From: Candidatus Palauibacter sp.
GTDB taxonomy: Bacteria > Gemmatimonadota > Gemmatimonadetes > Palauibacterales > Palauibacteraceae
Length of the DNA: 64,000 nt
Reading direction: 5' to 3'
Assembly (NCBI RefSeq): GCF_965222475.1
Contig: NZ_CBDCUB010000003.1
Location: forward strand, 83,073-147,072
This document shows, in pieces, positions 47,570 through 56,523 of the stretch (the first letter of the stretch is position 1; each line of letters begins with the position of its first letter). The notes below the pieces were generated by a model. That model had not been told where the DNA came from, did no database searches, and saw only the letters and a program-made list of their open reading frames with translations. A program made the translations under genes and the position numbers.

Positions 47570-50500
47570 TTAGGCGCGCCCCGGTCGGCGGCTTTCTCTC
47601 CAACCGGCCAGGTTGTACTGCGACATGACCAGCGCCGGCACGACCAGCATCAGGAGGAGGGTGGCGAAGAGGACGCCGAACCCGACCGAGGTCGCCAGCG
47701 GCACGAGATGTTGAGCGTGCGTACTGGTCTCGAACACCAGCGGGGACACACCCAGGAACGTCGTGATCGACGTAAGCATGATCGCCCGGAATCTCTCCTT
47801 TGCTCCGGAGATGATCGCCTCCGCCGGCCCCAGGCCCGAGGCCTTCAGGTCGTTTATGAACCTGATCATCATGAGCGAATCGTTCACGACCACGCCGAAG
47901 ACGCCGATCAGCCCGTACAGCGACCAGAGGCCCCAACTGAGGCCAAGCAGCATGTGTCCCCCCAGCGCGCCGATCGCACCCAGCGGAACGGCGGTCATGA
48001 TGATGAGGGGCTGGGAATACGAACCGAACGGGATCGCCATCAGGCCGTACATGATGAGGAGGGCCAGAACGAGCGACCTGCCCAGCACGGCGATCGCCTC
48101 TTCCTGGTCTTTTCTCTGGCCGCCGTAGGTGTAAACGAGTCCCGGGTTCCGGGCGGTCAGCCGGGGCAGGACATCGCTGTCCAGACTGGCGTTCACCTGC
48201 TGGCTCGTGGCGCTCCCGGGGTCCACATCGGCGGTGACCGTAACGGCGCGTCGACCGTCGACGCGGTGGATGGCGGCGGACGAGCGGGCGAACCCCGCAG
48301 ACGCGACCTGCCCCAGCGGCACCTCGCCACCGGGCGTCCGCACCAGGTACCTCTCCACATCCGTCGCGGAGTTACGCTCTTCCTCGGGGAGCCGCACATA
48401 TACCCGCATGTCCTCGCGGCCGCGCGGGACCCTCAGCGCTTCCGCCCCGAAGAAGGCCGACCGTACCTGGGTCGCGAAATGATCGAGGGTCAGGTTCAGG
48501 GAACGGGCCCTCGGCTTGAGCTCCAGTTGCAGCTCCCTGAACCCGTCGTCGAGGTTGCTCCGAACGTCGAATGCTCCGTCGATCGCGGCCAGGTCGGCGG
48601 TAAATTCGTCCGTGATGGCCTCCAGGCGTTCCGGATCCGGATGGGAAAGCTCGAAGTGGACCGGCAGGCCCAGGCCCAGCACGTTCGACGAGATCGAGAG
48701 GGACTTCGCTTCCGCGAGAGTTCCGACTTCATCCCGCCAGGCTCGCTCGAAGGCGGAAGAGGCGATGCCGTGCCTGTCCCAGGCGCGAAGCTTGAACTGT
48801 ACGGTCCCCAGGTGACCCCGCGGGGCCTCCACCGCATCCCCTCCCAGCGGATCATAGAGCGTCGCCAGTTCCCCCACCGTGACGGCCACGCCGAACTCCA
48901 GCGGCTCGGCGTCTTCGCCCCGATCCTCCGCCATGCGCGCCACCGTCCGGCGTCCCGCCGCATCGAGTTCCGCGACCACCCGGGCGGTGCGTTCGGCCGG
49001 CGTACCCACCGGCATCTCCACATTCGCCGAGACGACTTCGCCTTCGATCGGAGTAAGGAACTGGTTGGGGACGATGCCCGATGCCAGGACGCCCAACGAG
49101 AGGACCATTAGCCCGCCCGCGGACGCGAGGACGATGGAGGGGCGGGCGGTCGCGATCCGCAGCCCGCGGTCGAGCGGGCCATCCGCGATCCGTTTCACGA
49201 GGCGGTCCACGGCTCGCCGAATCCGGTCCAGCAGTTGGTATGCGGCCGTTTGCGGCCTCTCACCGGGCGCGGCCAGATGGGACAGGTGGTTCGGTAGCAC
49301 GAACAGCGATTCCAGCAGCGAAATCAGGAGCACCGTGATGACCACCAGCGGGATGCCCCGGCCGAGCTGCCCCTGCGGGCCGGGTGCGTTGAGCAACGCG
49401 GCGAAGGCCGTGATGGTCGTGAGCACCGAGAAGATGACCGGACCGCTGACGCGCCGCGTCCCCCGGATGGCGGCCTCCAGCCCGCGAGCGCCCCGCTCCC
49501 GTTCGGCAAAGACGCTCTCTCCGACCACGATCGCATCGTCCACGACGATGCCCAGGGCGAGGACGAGCGCCATCATGGAGAACATATTGATCGATATGTT
49601 CAGGAATCCCATCACCAGGAACGTGCCGAGAAACGAGACGGCCAGCCCCACGGCCACCCACATGGCCAGCCGGATCTCGAGAAACAGCGCCAGCGCCCCG
49701 AAGACCAGAAGCAGTCCGAGCAGGGCGTTCTTGATCATGAGGCCGAGACGCCCGCTGACCTGCTCCGAATCATCTTTCCACAGTTCGACGGAGACGCCTT
49801 CGGGGAGGCTCGGCACCACGTCGGCCGCGAGGTAGTTCTTGATGGCCGCGACGATGTCCAGCACCTGTTCGCCCGACGTCCGGTAGACATCGACGCGCAC
49901 CGCGCGCTGTCCGTTGTAGCGCACGTCCAGGTCGGTGTCCGCAAAACCGTCACGTACGGTTGCAATGTCGCCCAGCCGAACCGCCGTGCCGTCGGACCGA
50001 GCGAGGACGATGATGTCCTCGAAGTCCGCCTGGTCGTAGTTCTGTCCCAGCGTGCGAACGAGGATTTCCTCGCCACCCGTGGATACCTTGCCGGCGGACA
50101 GTTCCAGCGAACTCTGCCGCACGGCGAACGCGACGTCGTCCAGAGTGAGGCCAAGGGCTCGGAGTCGGCGCAGCGGCACCTCGATGGAGATCTCGTACGG
50201 GCGGGCGCCGCTGGTCTCGGCCAGGGACACCTCCGGAAGAGACGAGAGCCCCTCTTCGATGCCGTGCGCCAGTTCCTTCAGCGTACGTTCCGGGACATCG
50301 CCGTACACGAGGAGGCGGAGGACGCTCTGCCGACTCGTGATCTCCCGCACTTCGGGGCGTTCCGCAGCGGCCGGGAAAGTCGGAATCCGGTCGACCTCCG
50401 CCTTGACTTCGTTGAGGGCTCGGCCGATGTCCGTGCCCGCCTTGAACTCCACGGTCACCGACGCAAGTCCCTCGGAAGCGGTGGATTCGATCCGCCTCAG

Positions 50501-50758
50501 GCCTTCGACCGCCCGGATCTGTTCCTCGATCCTGCGGACGATGGACTCCTCCACCTCCCCGGGCGTGGCGCCGGGATAGGGGACGACGATCTGAACGCGA
50601 TCCAGCGAGAATTCGGGCAGAACTTCCTGGACCAGATTGCGGGCCGCGCTGAGTCCGGCAAGGACGAGAAACAGCATGACGACGTTCGCCGCGATGCTGT
50701 TCTTCGCCATGAAGCCGATGGGGCCCCCGCGACTCTTCAGGCGGCTGTCTTCAGTCAC
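47570..50758 (-). CDS. RND efflux permease (AcrB family)
   Basis: YPGATPGEVEE, GIVVDDAIVVGE, GVVVNDS, RFRAIMLTSITT. Confidence 0.93.
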   Translation of the reverse strand: MTEDSRLKSRGGPIGFMAKNSIAANVVMLFLVLAGLSAARNLVQEVLPEFSLDRVQIVVPYPGATPGEVEESIVRRIEEQIRAVEGLRRIESTASEGLASVTVEFKAGTDIGRALNEVKAEVDRIPTFPAAAERPEVREITSRQSVLRLLVYGDVPERTLKELAHGIEEGLSSLPEVSLAETSGARPYEISIEVPLRRLRALGLTLDDVAFAVRQSSLELSAGKVSTGGEEILVRTLGQNYDQADFEDIIVLARSDGTAVRLGDIATVRDGFADTDLDVRYNGQRAVRVDVYRTSGEQVLDIVAAIKNYLAADVVPSLPEGVSVELWKDDSEQVSGRLGLMIKNALLGLLLVFGALALFLEIRLAMWVAVGLAVSFLGTFLVMGFLNISINMFSMMALVLALGIVVDDAIVVGESVFAERERGARGLEAAIRGTRRVSGPVIFSVLTTITAFAALLNAPGPQGQLGRGIPLVVITVLLISLLESLFVLPNHLSHLAAPGERPQTAAYQLLDRIRRAVDRLVKRIADGPLDRGLRIATARPSIVLASAGGLMVLSLGVLASGIVPNQFLTPIEGEVVSANVEMPVGTPAERTARVVAELDAAGRRTVARMAEDRGEDAEPLEFGVAVTVGELATLYDPLGGDAVEAPRGHLGTVQFKLRAWDRHGIASSAFERAWRDEVGTLAEAKSLSISSNVLGLGLPVHFELSHPDPERLEAITDEFTADLAAIDGAFDVRSNLDDGFRELQLELKPRARSLNLTLDHFATQVRSAFFGAEALRVPRGREDMRVYVRLPEEERNSATDVERYLVRTPGGEVPLGQVASAGFARSSAAIHRVDGRRAVTVTADVDPGSATSQQVNASLDSDVLPRLTARNPGLVYTYGGQRKDQEEAIAVLGRSLVLALLIMYGLMAIPFGSYSQPLIIMTAVPLGAIGALGGHMLLGLSWGLWSLYGLIGVFGVVVNDSLMMIRFINDLKASGLGPAEAIISGAKERFRAIMLTSITTFLGVSPLVFETSTHAQHLVPLATSVGFGVLFATLLLMLVVPALVMSQYNLAGWRESRRPGRA

Positions 50759-50827
50759 ACGGTTCTCATCGGGGATGTCGTCCTTCGTTTAACGGATCTT
50801 ACGGTCTACGGTGCCCGGCATCGAGGC

Positions 50828-52162
50828 TCAGGCCAGCTTTCGGGCGAGTTCGCGGCGCAGGAGGATCCAGCTGACGAGGGCCTGGAACCCGATGGTCGCG
50901 ACGGACAGGTACCAGAGGTGGTGAAGTTCGAACCACGGTCGGCCGGCGAGCCACACGGCCGGGATCGCGAAGGTGACGATGCGCATCCCGCTCGCCACGA
51001 GTGACGGCACGGTGTTGCCCAGCGCCTGGAAGATGCCGTTGCAGGTGAAGATCAGTCCCGTGGCCACGAAGTTCCACGAGATGATGCGGAGGAACTCGCC
51101 GCCCACCCCGATCACGGCGCCATCCCCGGAGAAGGCGCCGACCAGCGTGGCGGGCGCGATCTGATAGAGCAGGGTCAGCGTGAGCATGATCGCGCCCCCG
51201 GCCATCGCCGACCAGCGGAACGTCTCCCGCACGCGACCGGGCTGGCCGGCCCCCACGTTCTGTCCGGCCACCGGCGCCGTCGCGAACGCGATCGCCATCG
51301 CGGGCAGGAAAACGGCCTGCATCACCCGGCTGCCGATGCCGAAACCGGCCTGCGCCTCCGCCCCGAACCCCCGGATGCACCAGTAGATGACGGCCATATA
51401 GACGAACATGAGGGCGAACTCCCCGCCGGGCGGAAGTCCTACGCGCAGGATGCGCCACCACGCCTCGGGGCAGGGCCGGACGCGGGCGAAGTCGAAGCGA
51501 ACGAAGCGTTCGAGACGAAGGAAGTAAGCGAGCATCATCAGCACGCCGACCGTGATGGAAATCGTGGTGGAGAGCCCGGCGCCCAGCACGCCCAGCGGCT
51601 GCCCGGTCACCCAGCCGGCGATCATGAAGGGAGCCAGCACCGCGTTGAGCGCGACGCTGAACACCTGCACGAAGATGGTCGGCTTCACGATTCCGGTGCC
51701 TCGGAGCGCGGACCCCATCGACACGAGCGCGAACTGCAGCGCGAGCCCCGGAAGGCACCAGCGGAGATAGAGGCTGCCTTCCGCGACGGTCTCGGCGTCA
51801 GCCGCCAGCGTCTCCATGTACCAGTCCGTCAGGGTGTAGCCGCCGACCAGCGTGATTGCGGCCAGGAGTGCGGCCAGACCCAGGCTCTGATTGAAGATGA
51901 GGTTCGCGTCGGCGCGATCCTTGCGGCCGCTGGCGTTCGCGATGAGCGCCATGGTGCCCACGCCGAGCACCTGCGTGAGGGCCATGACGAGGAACCAGGC
52001 GTTGCCGCCCGAGGTCAGACCCGCCACCGCCGCTTCGCCGATCCGGCCGACGAAGTACACGTCGACCAGATAGTAGAGCGTCTGGAAGACCATCCCGATC
52101 GCGATCGGGATGGCCAACCGAACGATGTGTCGGGGGATCGACCCCCGGGTCAGGTCTTCCAA
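50828..52162 (-). CDS. MATE-family efflux transporter
   Basis: DLTRGSIPRHIVRLAIP, LRGTG, RVGLP, 12-TM pattern. Confidence 0.92.
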   Translation of the reverse strand: MEDLTRGSIPRHIVRLAIPIAIGMVFQTLYYLVDVYFVGRIGEAAVAGLTSGGNAWFLVMALTQVLGVGTMALIANASGRKDRADANLIFNQSLGLAALLAAITLVGGYTLTDWYMETLAADAETVAEGSLYLRWCLPGLALQFALVSMGSALRGTGIVKPTIFVQVFSVALNAVLAPFMIAGWVTGQPLGVLGAGLSTTISITVGVLMMLAYFLRLERFVRFDFARVRPCPEAWWRILRVGLPPGGEFALMFVYMAVIYWCIRGFGAEAQAGFGIGSRVMQAVFLPAMAIAFATAPVAGQNVGAGQPGRVRETFRWSAMAGGAIMLTLTLLYQIAPATLVGAFSGDGAVIGVGGEFLRIISWNFVATGLIFTCNGIFQALGNTVPSLVASGMRIVTFAIPAVWLAGRPWFELHHLWYLSVATIGFQALVSWILLRRELARKLA

Positions 52163-52182
52163 GCCACTCGCGTCAGACCGGG

Positions 52183-53535
52183 CTACCGGAAGCTGAGGCC
52201 GGTCTGGTCGCGCCCGCCGACCATGATGAAGGCGACGTTGCCCATGTCGCGGATGTCCTCGTCCGGCCGGCCGTCGATCGCGATGATGTCGGCGAACAGG
52301 CCCGCCGCGATCGTCCCCACCTCATCCTCGAGCCCCACGATCTCCGCGTTCAGGCCGGTGGCCGCGGTGATCGCCTCGAGCGGCGTGAACCCGGCCGCGA
52401 CGAGGTTCTCCATCTCGAGCGGCATGTACCCGTGCATGCTGTCGGTCCCGACCCCGACCTTGACCCCCTTCTCCTTCGATCGGATGAGCTGTCCCAGGCG
52501 GTCGACACGTCGCTGCGCGCGACTCTCATTCTCGGTCAGCGCCCGCCCGTGCACCTGGCGCCCGCGCTCCAGCCAGTCGCGGATGTTCTCCGCCTCATTG
52601 TCGAGGAAGCCCCACTCGTTGAAGACGCTCTGGTATCCGATGGTGTAGGTGTTCACGAACCCCACGTCGTGACTCAACATGAGGTCCATCAGGTCCTCGT
52701 CGAGGTTGCCCCCGTGCTGGATCGAGTTCACGCCCGCCTCGACGGCCAGCCGGATCGACTCGCCGTTGGCGTGCGCCGTGGCCTCGATCCCCAGGCGGTG
52801 CAGCTCGTTCACGGCCGCGTCGATCTCCTCTTTGGTGTAGTTGCTCTCGCCGGGCGCGTACGGGGTGCCGTTGTTGGGGCCCACCCGCGCGCGGTCCGTG
52901 ATCGTGAGCTTCATATGATGCGCGCCCATCTCGTAGTTCTGACGGACGAAGGTGCGCATCTCCCACGGCCCGTTGGTCGTGCGGTACTCGGCCGGGCCGT
53001 GGCCCGCCGTCGTCGAGATGAAGTTGCCGCTGGGATAGATCCGGGGCCCGGGGAGGACGCCTTCGGCCACCGCCCGCGAGGCCTGGATGTCGTTGTAGTG
53101 AACTTCGCCCACTACGTAGACGCTGGTGACGCCGGACATGAGCTGGACGCGGATGTTCCGCACGATGCGCGCCATCTGCAGCGCGTCATGCTGCTCCATC
53201 CCCTCGAGCTGCCCCTGGAGAGTGCGGATGTCGGGCCGTATCGAAAGGTGGGCGTGCGCGTCGACGATGCCGGGCATCACGGTGTGTCCGCTGAGGTCGA
53301 CGACCCGCGCGTCGGCCGGGATCGAGACCGCCGACGCGTCGCCCACCGCTTCGATCCGTTCGCCCCGGACGATGATGACCTGGTCGTCACGCGCCGCCGC
53401 CCCGGATCCGTCGATGAGACGGCCGGCCCGGATCGCCGTCACCTCCTGGGCCGTAGCCGCCGCGGCAGCGGTGGCCGGGACGGCGGAAGCCGCGGCCAGC
53501 GAGGCGGTAAGCAGGGTAGTCAGCCTGGTTCGCAT
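52183..53535 (-). CDS. Secreted amidohydrolase (Xaa-Pro dipeptidase-like, canonical HxH)
   Basis: PGIVDAHAH, TAHANG, SIQHG, VGTD, GLFADIIAI. Confidence 0.88.
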   Translation of the reverse strand: MRTRLTTLLTASLAAASAVPATAAAAATAQEVTAIRAGRLIDGSGAAARDDQVIIVRGERIEAVGDASAVSIPADARVVDLSGHTVMPGIVDAHAHLSIRPDIRTLQGQLEGMEQHDALQMARIVRNIRVQLMSGVTSVYVVGEVHYNDIQASRAVAEGVLPGPRIYPSGNFISTTAGHGPAEYRTTNGPWEMRTFVRQNYEMGAHHMKLTITDRARVGPNNGTPYAPGESNYTKEEIDAAVNELHRLGIEATAHANGESIRLAVEAGVNSIQHGGNLDEDLMDLMLSHDVGFVNTYTIGYQSVFNEWGFLDNEAENIRDWLERGRQVHGRALTENESRAQRRVDRLGQLIRSKEKGVKVGVGTDSMHGYMPLEMENLVAAGFTPLEAITAATGLNAEIVGLEDEVGTIAAGLFADIIAIDGRPDEDIRDMGNVAFIMVGGRDQTGLSFR

Positions 53536-53725
53536 CGGAGACTCCTCGATCGCAGGTGGACGGGACCCGCGCAAACTGTCGCGGCGGAGCCAACGCGGCC
53601 ACCCGGCTCGGCGCCGGATCCGCCCAGCGTTGGCACGGGCGGGCGGGCGGGTGCTATGTTGGAATGTTGTGTCGCTCAGAGGCTTAGGCGAGCCTGAAGG
53701 AGAGTTTTCAGGAGGTAGGGATCCA

Positions 53726-54883
53726 GTGAACGTTCCGACGGCGTACGCGGAGGGCTACGGGACAGCTCGGGCAACCGATCCCGAGGCTGTTGACAACTAC
53801 GTCAAGCACACGCGCATCGGCGATCCTGAACTGGATCCGATCATGGAGGAACTCTCCTCCATACCTCCCGGGGAACTGCACCGCTTCATCGGCGCCGGCA
53901 TCGAGGGGCGCGATGACGTTCTCAAGACCGCGCCGGAGCCCCTGCGCAATTTCTTCAAGAACCTCGAGGAGCCGCCCTGGCTCGACTACGAGGCCCTCCG
54001 TCCCGGCATCCGTGCCTTCCATGGGAATGTGCACCTCATGCTCGCCGCATTCGTCACCGGGGTGCTCGTGGAGGGCTTTTCCACGCTGATCGCCAAGTCG
54101 TTCAACATCACCGGGCGGGTGGCGTCAACCCGACGGCGACTGCAGCAGAACAACCGCCACATGATGGACATCTTCTTCCCCGGCGGCCTGCAGCGAGAAG
54201 GCGACGGGTGGAAGCTGTCCGCGCGCATTCGTTTCGTGCATACCCGGATAAGGGGTTTGCTCAACAAGTCCGAGGAATGGGACCACGACGCCTGGGGTAC
54301 GCCGGTAAGCGCGGCGCACCTTGGCTTCGCGATTTCCGTCTTTTCTCAGCGCCTGATTGAATACTCGCTGATGCTGGGCGCGAAGTTCAACGAAGAAGAA
54401 CAACGGAGCATTCTCCAGGTCTGGCGTTACGCCGGATACGTCATGGGCATCCCGGAAACCATCCTCTATACCTCCGCCGAGGATGCAAATAGGATCTACA
54501 AGACCAGCTATATGTGCGAACCGGAGGCGGACATCGATTCGATCACCGTGGCGAACATGCTGATCAAGGCGATTCCGAGCGTTGCGAATGTTCAGGATCC
54601 GCAAGAGCAGCAGCAACTGGTGGGTTTGGCATACCGCCTTTCGCGGGCGCTCATAGGAGAGAGACTCGCTACCGCATTCGACTTTCCAAAGCGGTCCTTC
54701 TGGGAGAGAGGAACACTGCTCCAATATCGGTCGAAGCAGCGCTTCCTGCGAACGCTGGCAGGTATCCAGCGGGTACGGGCACACAACTTCACCCAGCTTC
54801 TCCAGATCTCCGTGTACGACGACGAAGGGTTGAGCTACAAGATGCCCGATCACGTCCACACGTCGAAATCGATCAGCTGGTGA
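53726..54883 (+). CDS. MpaB/Lcp (DUF2236) family oxygenase
   Basis: GDPELD, RLQQN, RFVHTRIR (conserved His), WGTPVS, WRYAGYVMGI; GGAGG RBS with GTG start. Confidence 0.8.
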   Translation: MNVPTAYAEGYGTARATDPEAVDNYVKHTRIGDPELDPIMEELSSIPPGELHRFIGAGIEGRDDVLKTAPEPLRNFFKNLEEPPWLDYEALRPGIRAFHGNVHLMLAAFVTGVLVEGFSTLIAKSFNITGRVASTRRRLQQNNRHMMDIFFPGGLQREGDGWKLSARIRFVHTRIRGLLNKSEEWDHDAWGTPVSAAHLGFAISVFSQRLIEYSLMLGAKFNEEEQRSILQVWRYAGYVMGIPETILYTSAEDANRIYKTSYMCEPEADIDSITVANMLIKAIPSVANVQDPQEQQQLVGLAYRLSRALIGERLATAFDFPKRSFWERGTLLQYRSKQRFLRTLAGIQRVRAHNFTQLLQISVYDDEGLSYKMPDHVHTSKSISW

Positions 54884-54935
54884 GCCCGGTCGACAGCCCG
54901 TCGTAACACCGGCCGGTGCGTCCGCACGCCGGTGC

Positions 54936-55004
54936 GTCAAGATCGACTTCGATCACGATCTCCACGCCGGGTTGCAACACGCTTCCGGGCATCTCCGCGT
55001 TGGA
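54936..55004 (-). pseudogene. Possible short remnant of a large secreted (M66-like) protein gene
   Basis: Reads SNAEMPGSVLQPGVEIVIEVDLD, with a stop codon just upstream. Similarity is recalled, not searched. Confidence 0.3.
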
Positions 55005-55096
55005 CGAACCTGCCGGACGAGACTACCTTCGGCGCCTCGTGTGGCCGGACGAAACCGTCGTCGGCCATTGGGTCACATCCCGACTAGTCGCCTTGC

Positions 55097-55873
55097 ATGC
55101 TGAAGAACTCGTACCAAACTCGAGGCCTGAGCTTCGCCTTTCTGATTGGTCCGCCCAGGAACCTCACGCGGCAGATCGGGATGAGCATTCACTCGGCCGT
55201 GTGCGAGGCTCTTGGTGTCGACGACGTCTCATTCCAATACCAACCCGGTGAGCGGCAGCGGAGCGGTGAGAGATTGTTCTCGATAAGCTTGGCGCGTGAG
55301 GATGAACGCAAGAGTCTAACGATCAAGATCGACCGAAAAACCCGGGACGATCCGGTGCGCCTGTTCCTCGGATGTAGCTGGCCGACGTCAAACGATGTCG
55401 TCTTCGAGGATTTCGATTGGGCATGTGAGGCTGCGTTCACTGCATTGGGCGACTCGTGGCAGCGAGTCTTGGCAGAGGCTCGGATTCGTGGGCAGGCACA
55501 TGCGCCGGACGGCTCGGCAGTGTCGTTTCTGAGCAGAGATGTGCTTCGTCTTTCCAGGAGCGATCCGCGTTTCCACCACGACCGGCTGTCCTTCGTATCT
55601 CTGAAATACGAGACCGCCGCTGCGCAGTTTGCTCAGGGCGATGAACTCTCGAATCCGAAGCGGGACGTATCGGTAGAAGTTCTCCGCGAAGATCCGCGCT
55701 CGCTGTACGTCGAAGTGATGTCACAGTGGCCTCAGGTCACACTCTCTTCCGAGGGGGCAGTAAGCATCGATCCCAGCCGGATTCGTAGCTTCCGGTCTCC
55801 CCCCAGCGAGTACCTAAGCAACACCATCGATTACACAGAATCGGTTGTCCTTCCTCACCTCGACAAGATCTAA
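55097..55873 (+). CDS. Hypothetical 258-aa protein (possibly TIGR04255-like) heading a three-gene cassette
   Basis: Soluble alpha/beta ORF, visibly lower GC, co-oriented with the next two genes. Confidence 0.55.
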   Translation: MLKNSYQTRGLSFAFLIGPPRNLTRQIGMSIHSAVCEALGVDDVSFQYQPGERQRSGERLFSISLAREDERKSLTIKIDRKTRDDPVRLFLGCSWPTSNDVVFEDFDWACEAAFTALGDSWQRVLAEARIRGQAHAPDGSAVSFLSRDVLRLSRSDPRFHHDRLSFVSLKYETAAAQFAQGDELSNPKRDVSVEVLREDPRSLYVEVMSQWPQVTLSSEGAVSIDPSRIRSFRSPPSEYLSNTIDYTESVVLPHLDKI

Positions 55874-55887
55874 GCAAGGGTGGGATT

Positions 55888-56139
55888 GTGAGCTATGCGA
55901 CGAAGTACATGCGTGCGGCCCCAGTCGACAGCTTGCCGCCTGCGAGCAACAGTCCATCCGCAGGCGAAGCAACTGGACACTGGCTACCGAGCCATGGGAA
56001 GTGGTTGTGCACCTGGAACCGATCGGGAATCACGGATCCCGATCAGGACAATCGTGTGGAGGCCTGCGATGAGGAGGAGTCGTGGGCTGATTTGGCGGCG
56101 GCGGCTCGTGCCGAATGGTGTGCGGAAAACCCGTTTTGA
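55888..56139 (+). CDS. Small putative antitoxin
   Basis: Acidic C-terminus EEESWADLAAAARAEWCAENPF; TTGA overlap with the toxin start. Confidence 0.6.
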   Translation: MSYATKYMRAAPVDSLPPASNSPSAGEATGHWLPSHGKWLCTWNRSGITDPDQDNRVEACDEEESWADLAAAARAEWCAENPF

Positions 56140-56519
56140 ACAAGATTCTGCCTGGCGAAATACATGATGTCCTGGACGCATCGCGCAAGCGGCGTCCGTT
56201 CATAATCGTATCTCAAGAACAGTTCAATAGAGGCCGTTACTGCTTAGCCGTGCCCCTAACGTCCAAGAAGCTCTCGGAGAGGCAGGTCTTGAGAAACTGC
56301 GTTTTTTTCCAGCAGGGCTCGTTTGGACTTCGCAAGTCGTGCGTGGCGCAGGCGGAAGGTCTTTCGGTAATTCGCCGCTTCGACATGGCCCAACCGACTT
56401 CGTATGCGGGTATACTCAGCCAGCCCCGGATGGCTGACGTCATAGGTGCCATCGGGTACGTGATGGGTTCGGATTGCAAGCTGATGACCGACCCGCTATC
56501 GGGACCCGGAGCTGGATAG
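56136..56519 (+). CDS. PemK/MazF-family toxin
   Basis: KRRPFIIVSQ, AVPLTS, GLRKSCVAQAE. Confidence 0.85.
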   Translation: MNKILPGEIHDVLDASRKRRPFIIVSQEQFNRGRYCLAVPLTSKKLSERQVLRNCVFFQQGSFGLRKSCVAQAEGLSVIRRFDMAQPTSYAGILSQPRMADVIGAIGYVMGSDCKLMTDPLSGPGAG

Positions 56520-56523
56520 CTCC

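Noticed and set aside
53126-53725. N-terminal extension of the 585-aa ORF
   Set aside because: It is antisense to the amidohydrolase; a strong RBS precedes GTG 53726.
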